The notes below the pieces were generated by a model. That model ran no database searches, was not told where the DNA came from, and saw only the letters and a list, made by a program, of their open reading frames with translations. A stretch of DNA of 64,000 bases from Minisyncoccia bacterium (GTDB lineage: Bacteria > Patescibacteriota > Minisyncoccia > Phycocordibacterales > Phycocordibacteraceae). The stretch's first letter is position 1, and every line of letters begins with the position of its first letter. A program made the translations under genes and the position numbers. Below are positions 60,088 through 64,000 of the stretch, piece by piece. The stretch is taken from positions 161-64,160 of the forward strand of contig JBBRPE010000004.1 of the NCBI GenBank assembly GCA_038228545.1, given 5' to 3'.

Positions 60088-60261
60088 TCAGCCAAAGTGG
60101 CGATTCCTTGGCTGCAGAGGCCCAAACAGGTACTCGTAGAAGGTGAGGCCTTCACCGAGCATCCAGAAGAAGCCGAAGACCACCAGGATGAGACCCCCAA
60201 GAGCGAGCAGGAAGGCATTTCCTACGATCTCCTCGGCCGTCTCTTTGATTTTGCGAATCAT
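60088..60261 (-). CDS. Small membrane protein (57 aa, 1-2 TM)
   Basis: MIRKIKETAEEIVGNAFLLALGGLILVVFGFFWMLGEGLTFYEYLFGPLQPRNRHFG, taken from an internal Met of track ORF 60088..60327. Confidence 0.4.
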   Translation of the reverse strand: MIRKIKETAEEIVGNAFLLALGGLILVVFGFFWMLGEGLTFYEYLFGPLQPRNRHFG

Positions 60262-60380
60262 AGCTCCATCTCCGTGCAGGTTGACCAGTTCAACCTGCAC
60301 CTTAACGCGCACGTCATACTTTCGCAATACTTGTGGACACTTGGCAACAGGAGCTATACTAGATACATAACCAAACCACT

Positions 60381-60941
60381 ATGACTATTCTTTATATTCT
60401 TCTTGCTGTAGTCGTTGTTGTCGCACTCTTCGTGATGGGTGCATTCAATGGCTTTGTATCTAAAGTTAATCGCACCAAAGAAGCGTGGGCTGACATTGAT
60501 GTGCAGTTGAAGCGTCGCTACGATCTCATCCCTAATCTCGTTGAGACGGTGAAGGGCTATGCCGCACACGAGACGTCGGTATTCGAGAACGTCACAAAGG
60601 CACGTGCGGCTGCTATGGGAGCGACTACCCCGGCGGACAAAGCAACGACCGAGAACGCACTCTCCGGTACGCTTAAGACGCTCTTCGCTGTTTCTGAAGC
60701 GTACCCAGACTTGAAGGCAAACCAGAATTTCCTTCAACTCCAGCAGGAACTTGGAGACACAGAAGACAAGATTCAGGCAGCTCGTCGCTTCTACAACAGT
60801 AATGTTCAGGACCTCAACACTTCAGTACAGTCTTTCCCGGGCAATATCATCGCTGGCATGTTCAACTTCAAGGCTATGGACCTGTTCCAGCTTGGAGATG
60901 CTGACGCAGCAGCACGTGAACCGGTCGCAGTAAAGTTTTAA
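60381..60941 (+). CDS. LemA family protein
   Basis: N-terminal TM helix and the LemA core (WADIDVQLKRRYDLIPNLVETVKGYAAHETSVFENVTKARA...NQNFLQLQQELGDTEDKIQAARRFYN). Confidence 0.85.
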   Translation: MTILYILLAVVVVVALFVMGAFNGFVSKVNRTKEAWADIDVQLKRRYDLIPNLVETVKGYAAHETSVFENVTKARAAAMGATTPADKATTENALSGTLKTLFAVSEAYPDLKANQNFLQLQQELGDTEDKIQAARRFYNSNVQDLNTSVQSFPGNIIAGMFNFKAMDLFQLGDADAAAREPVAVKF

Positions 60942-60943
60942 CC

Positions 60944-61261
60944 ATGCTGAAGGAAGCTCAAAAAGAGCTTGATGATTGGGCACAGACACTCGAAGAGCCC
61001 TACTGGCCTGCGCTCTCGCAGATGGCAGCACTTACTGAAGAGACCGGCGAAGTCGCGCGTCTTCTGAATCACATATACGGAAGCAAACCGAAGAAGGTAG
61101 AAGAAGCGCACCAAGAGCTTGGTGGCGAGCTTATCGATGTCATCTTTGCCGCGATGTGCCTTGCTAATCGCCATGGCATAGATCTTGATACAGAGTTCAA
61201 GGCGAAGATGGATAAATGTTACGGGCGCGATAAAGATCGCTTCGCAAAGAAAGCAGAATAA
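60944..61261 (+). CDS. MazG-like nucleotide pyrophosphohydrolase (small all-alpha NTP-PPase)
   Basis: ALTEETGEVARLLNHIYGSK...EELGGELIDVIFAAMCLANRHGIDLD fits the EExGE...E..D metal-binding pattern of the MazG/HisE fold. Confidence 0.65.
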   Translation: MLKEAQKELDDWAQTLEEPYWPALSQMAALTEETGEVARLLNHIYGSKPKKVEEAHQELGGELIDVIFAAMCLANRHGIDLDTEFKAKMDKCYGRDKDRFAKKAE

Positions 61262-61263
61262 GT

Positions 61264-62157
61264 ATGAATCTCTACCAGGAACGTTCAAGTAATATCTGGC
61301 GCACTGTCTTGCTTATGGTGGGCTTCTTGGCTGTGGTTATTTCTCTCGGGTATGCAGTCTCGTGGTACTACAATTCGCCAAGTATTTTGTATGTCGCCGT
61401 AGCGTTTGCGGTGTTAATGAATTTCTACAGCTACTGGTTTAGCGATAGTCAGGTGCTCTCTATGACCAACGCACGCCCAGCACTTCGTGAGGAGTTCTTC
61501 GACTTCTACACAGTCGCGGAAAACATGGCCATAACGGCAGGTCTCCCTATGCCGAAGCTCTATGTCATAGAAGACCCGGCACCAAATGCGTTTGCCACCG
61601 GACGCGACGAGAAACACGCGGTTGTGTGCGCAACGACCGGACTCCTTTCTATGATGACGCGCGTGGAGCTTGAGGGTGTTATTGCGCACGAGATGTCTCA
61701 CATTAAGAATCGCGACATTCTTCTTATGATGGTGGCAGTTGTGCTTGCAGGATTTACGGCTATTATCGCTGACATATTTCTACGCATGTCATTTTGGGGT
61801 GGAGGACGCAGTAATCGCGACAACGGCGGGGGAGGACTTCTCATGATTCTCGCCATCGTCGGCATCATCCTCGCACCTATTGCTGCTCAGCTTATCGAAC
61901 TTGCTATATCACGTCGTCGTGAATACTTAGCGGACACTTCCGGCGCACTTCTAACGCGCTACCCCGAAGGTCTCGCCTCAGCTCTCGCGAAGCTCGGAAA
62001 TTATCAGGCACCCATGCAGCGCGTCTCGCACGCCACCGCACATCTCTTTATAAGCGACCCCTTCGGACCAGCTAAGACCGATTTCATAGATAAACTTTTT
62101 TCTACGCATCCACCGATTGCAGACCGTATTAAGGCCCTTATGGGTACGGCGAAATAA
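61264..62157 (+). CDS. htpX: Zinc metalloprotease HtpX (M48 family)
   Basis: HEMSHIKNRD (HExxH), four TM helices, and a C-terminal third metal ligand region. Confidence 0.88.
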   Translation: MNLYQERSSNIWRTVLLMVGFLAVVISLGYAVSWYYNSPSILYVAVAFAVLMNFYSYWFSDSQVLSMTNARPALREEFFDFYTVAENMAITAGLPMPKLYVIEDPAPNAFATGRDEKHAVVCATTGLLSMMTRVELEGVIAHEMSHIKNRDILLMMVAVVLAGFTAIIADIFLRMSFWGGGRSNRDNGGGGLLMILAIVGIILAPIAAQLIELAISRRREYLADTSGALLTRYPEGLASALAKLGNYQAPMQRVSHATAHLFISDPFGPAKTDFIDKLFSTHPPIADRIKALMGTAK

Positions 62158-63785
62158 CGTTCTGTGCTATAACAAACGAGCACGGAGGCGTCGCATAGCG
62201 GTCTAGTGCGCACGCTTGGAAAGCGTGTGTGGGGCAACTCACCGAGAGTTCGAATCTCTCCGCCTCCGCAGATAGAAACTTCGAGTTCGGACAGAGCCGC
62301 GCCGCAAAGCGGCGTGGCAGAATGGGCGGGCAGAAAATGCCGCCGCGAAGCGGCGAATTGGCTCGGCGTGGGGAATACGAAATGCGGGGATTTGTCACGA
62401 ACCGAAGGGTTCGTTCCGATTTTTTGCACGGATGATTTGATTTGGTACAAATCATCCGATTGGGACAAAAAATCGGCTTGTTTCATATCTAAAATCCACT
62501 CCCGCAGGGGTTCGACCCAAGCATTTCTCCCGCGTTCAAAATCTTTCTTCTTCTCCCGCAAAGCGACGAGGGAGCGCATGAGTGCGTCCTTGCGCTTCAA
62601 GTACATCTCTTTCGGCACATCACCGTCTAAATACGCCGACACCAGTTTTTCCATGCGCTCCTCGCTTGCTTTGATACTGTCGGAAAGATTTTGAACCTCG
62701 CTTTGCGACGTTCCAACCTCCTCGCGCTCCCATTCCTTCACTTTATTAAGCATCCAATCGGTGTAGCGATTGCAAAGCGAGATTGTTTGAAGCCGTGCCT
62801 TTATTTTGTCGGCAAGGTCGGCCTCGCGGACATACGGTTGCGAGCAGCGGCCGCGCTTCTTGGAACACCGATAGTAGCGATACTTCGTACCCCAGCGATT
62901 AGTAGCCCACTGCGCGGAAATCATGCCACCGCACTCGCCACAGCGGAATAGCCCGACAAGCGGAAAATCATGCTTCACCTTGCGCGTGCGCGGCCGCTCC
63001 TTGCCCGCCACGACCTTCTGCACGGCTTCAAACAATGCGGGAGTTAGAATCGGCTCAAAGTTTCCATCAAACCATTCCTGACCGTGCTTCACGAATCCGA
63101 TATACACGCGATGCGTCAAAAGCCGTTTGATGGAAACTTTGGCAAGTGGCGTTCCGTTTGAAGTCACCACGTTCAAGTCCGCCAAAAATTGCGACAACGA
63201 AACGAGAGTATGCGACCCTTTGGCGTATTCTTCGTACGCGAGGCGCACGATACGCGCGTTCGTCGGATGCGGTTCAATATTGCGAATGCGCGGGTTGTTT
63301 TGATAGCCAAAGGGTGCGCGATTGAGCCACTCGCCCCGACGCAATTTTTGGCGGACGCCGCGCTTGATATTTTCGGACAGATTGTCGCTGTAATATTTAG
63401 ATTGCCCGAACGCCACTTGCAACATAAATAGTCCCTGCGGGGTCGGTTCAAACCAAAATGTCGGGAAGCGCAAAGACACCACCTTACGCGTGTCTACGGC
63501 GTATATGATGCGCCCGCCGTCAATGCTGTTGCGAGCCAATCTATCGGGATGCCACGCCAATATGCCCACGCCGTCCATTGATTCAATGCGGGCCATCATT
63601 TCGCCGTACACCTCGCGCCCCGGTGTCTTTGCGCTTTTCGACTCTTGAAATTCCTCAAGAATTTCAAGATTTTCTTTACGCGCGATCTCCCGCAACTCAA
63701 ACAGCTGCGCCTCGATGGACATGACTTGCCGGTCATCGTCCTCAGTGCTCTTACGCGCGTATAGAAAATATTTTGGCTTGTTCAT
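62004..63785 (-). CDS. Large serine recombinase (resolvase-like catalytic domain + recombinase domain + Zn-ribbon + coiled-coil); 3' end uncertain
   Basis: N-terminus MNKPKYFLYARKSTEDDDRQVMSIEAQ (catalytic Ser in YARKST), ...GILAWHPDRLARN, recombinase domain, CGECGGMISAQW...YYRCSKKRGRC zinc ribbon, coiled-coil. Start at ATG 63785 (the track ORF runs to 63884 through the right repeat). No in-frame stop occurs until 62004. The frame therefore runs through the left repeat, antisense tRNA-Ser and antisense htpX, so the last ~130 codons are probably not genuine. Confidence 0.75.
   Translation of the reverse strand: MNKPKYFLYARKSTEDDDRQVMSIEAQLFELREIARKENLEILEEFQESKSAKTPGREVYGEMMARIESMDGVGILAWHPDRLARNSIDGGRIIYAVDTRKVVSLRFPTFWFEPTPQGLFMLQVAFGQSKYYSDNLSENIKRGVRQKLRRGEWLNRAPFGYQNNPRIRNIEPHPTNARIVRLAYEEYAKGSHTLVSLSQFLADLNVVTSNGTPLAKVSIKRLLTHRVYIGFVKHGQEWFDGNFEPILTPALFEAVQKVVAGKERPRTRKVKHDFPLVGLFRCGECGGMISAQWATNRWGTKYRYYRCSKKRGRCSQPYVREADLADKIKARLQTISLCNRYTDWMLNKVKEWEREEVGTSQSEVQNLSDSIKASEERMEKLVSAYLDGDVPKEMYLKRKDALMRSLVALREKKKDFERGRNAWVEPLREWILDMKQADFLSQSDDLYQIKSSVQKIGTNPSVRDKSPHFVFPTPSQFAASRRHFLPAHSATPLCGAALSELEVSICGGGEIRTLGELPHTRFPSVRTRPLCDASVLVCYSTERYFAVPIRALIRSAIGGCVEKSLSMKSVLAGPKGSLIKRCAVACETRCMGA
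62184..62268 (+). tRNA. tRNA-Ser (anticodon GGA)
   Basis: Acceptor stem GGAGGCG/CGCCTCC, anticodon stem CACGC/GCGTG with loop TTGGAAA, long variable arm (TGGGGCAACTCACC), T-arm GAGAG-TTCGAAT-CTCTC, discriminator G. CCA is not encoded. Folded by eye. Confidence 0.8.
62266..62395. repeat. Left copy of a 130-bp GC-rich inverted repeat, starting in the last 3 nt of tRNA-Ser
   Basis: Reverse-complement identical (129/130) to 63811..63940. Contains internal hairpins gccgc aaa gcggc and cgccgc gaa gcggcg. Confidence 0.85.
62398..62429 (+). terminator. Putative intrinsic terminator just inside the left repeat boundary (cgaacc gaag ggttcg + TTCCGATTTTTT)
   Basis: Seen in sequence; a T6 run follows the stem. 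Confidence 0.45.
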
Positions 63786-63810
63786 ATTAGTTTTTGGATT
63801 GAAACAAGAG

Positions 63811-63940
63811 ACAAATCCCCGCATTTCGGATTCCCCACGCCGAGCCAATTCGCCGCTTCGCGGCGGCATTTTCTGCCCGCCCATTCTGCCACGCCGCTTT
63901 GCGGCGCGGCTCTGTCCGAACTCGAAGTTTCTATCTGCGG
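63811..63940. repeat. Right copy of the 130-bp inverted repeat, immediately upstream of the serine recombinase start
   Basis: Reverse complement of 62266..62395 with one mismatch (A/C). Its inner edge is 26 bp from the recombinase ATG. Confidence 0.85.
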
Positions 63941-64000
63941 TGACATATTAGCCTTTGCTCGAACTCACTTCGCACGCGCCACGTGCGTGGTGGCTTGAGA

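Noticed and set aside
62206-62694. Plus-strand ORFs 62206..62694 and 62229..62435, and minus ORF 63715..63951, which contain the MGGQKMPPRSGELARRGE... peptide
   Set aside because: These are translations of the 130-bp inverted repeat and its flanks. The same peptide appears on both strands only because the DNA is duplicated. There is no RBS and the composition is not protein-like.
63941-64000. Second tRNA or tRNA fragment on the minus strand beyond the right repeat (the shared octamer GAGTTCGA resembles the tRNA-Ser T-arm)
   Set aside because: The flanking bases do not form T-stem or acceptor pairing, and the window ends before enough sequence is available. The 8-mer identity could be chance.

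Overview
The window is a 64-kb stretch of bacterial chromosome at about 50-55% GC, densely packed with about 80 genes on both strands. Most are housekeeping or envelope and stress functions: groES-groEL, secG, typA/bipA, RNase J, htpX, mltG, a DEAD-box helicase, an ABC-F ATPase, msrA/msrB, bcp, and DsbA/VKOR/CcdA-TlpA thiol-disulfide proteins. It also carries an RND efflux pump with its adaptor, two MFS transporters, an SsuBC-like ABC importer and many secreted or membrane proteins of unknown function. A LexA-controlled operon (lexA-dinB-unknown ORF) has a clear GAAC-N4-GTTC SOS box. Many exported proteins use N-terminal membrane anchors and no outer-membrane factor accompanies the RND pump. 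These two points suggest a monoderm-type envelope, but taxonomy cannot be assigned from this window. The most unusual locus is at the right end. A single tRNA-Ser(GGA) is followed directly by a 130-bp GC-rich repeat. The same repeat recurs, inverted, with one mismatch, immediately upstream of a large serine recombinase gene. The two copies bracket the recombinase as a candidate invertible or mobile cassette, although an assembly artefact cannot be excluded. Other points worth a second look: a GC-rich, hairpin-dense block with a Zn-ribbon-like ORF downstream of dinB; a DUF2200-like gene frameshifted at an A6 run inside a low-GC island; arginine/glycine-rich disordered N-terminal extensions on both RNase J and the DEAD-box helicase; two 22-25-bp perfect hairpins lacking U-tracts; and two HhH-GPD glycosylase homologues lacking the usual 4Fe-4S cysteines. 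No CRISPR array, rRNA or recognisable tmRNA/RNase P RNA was found.
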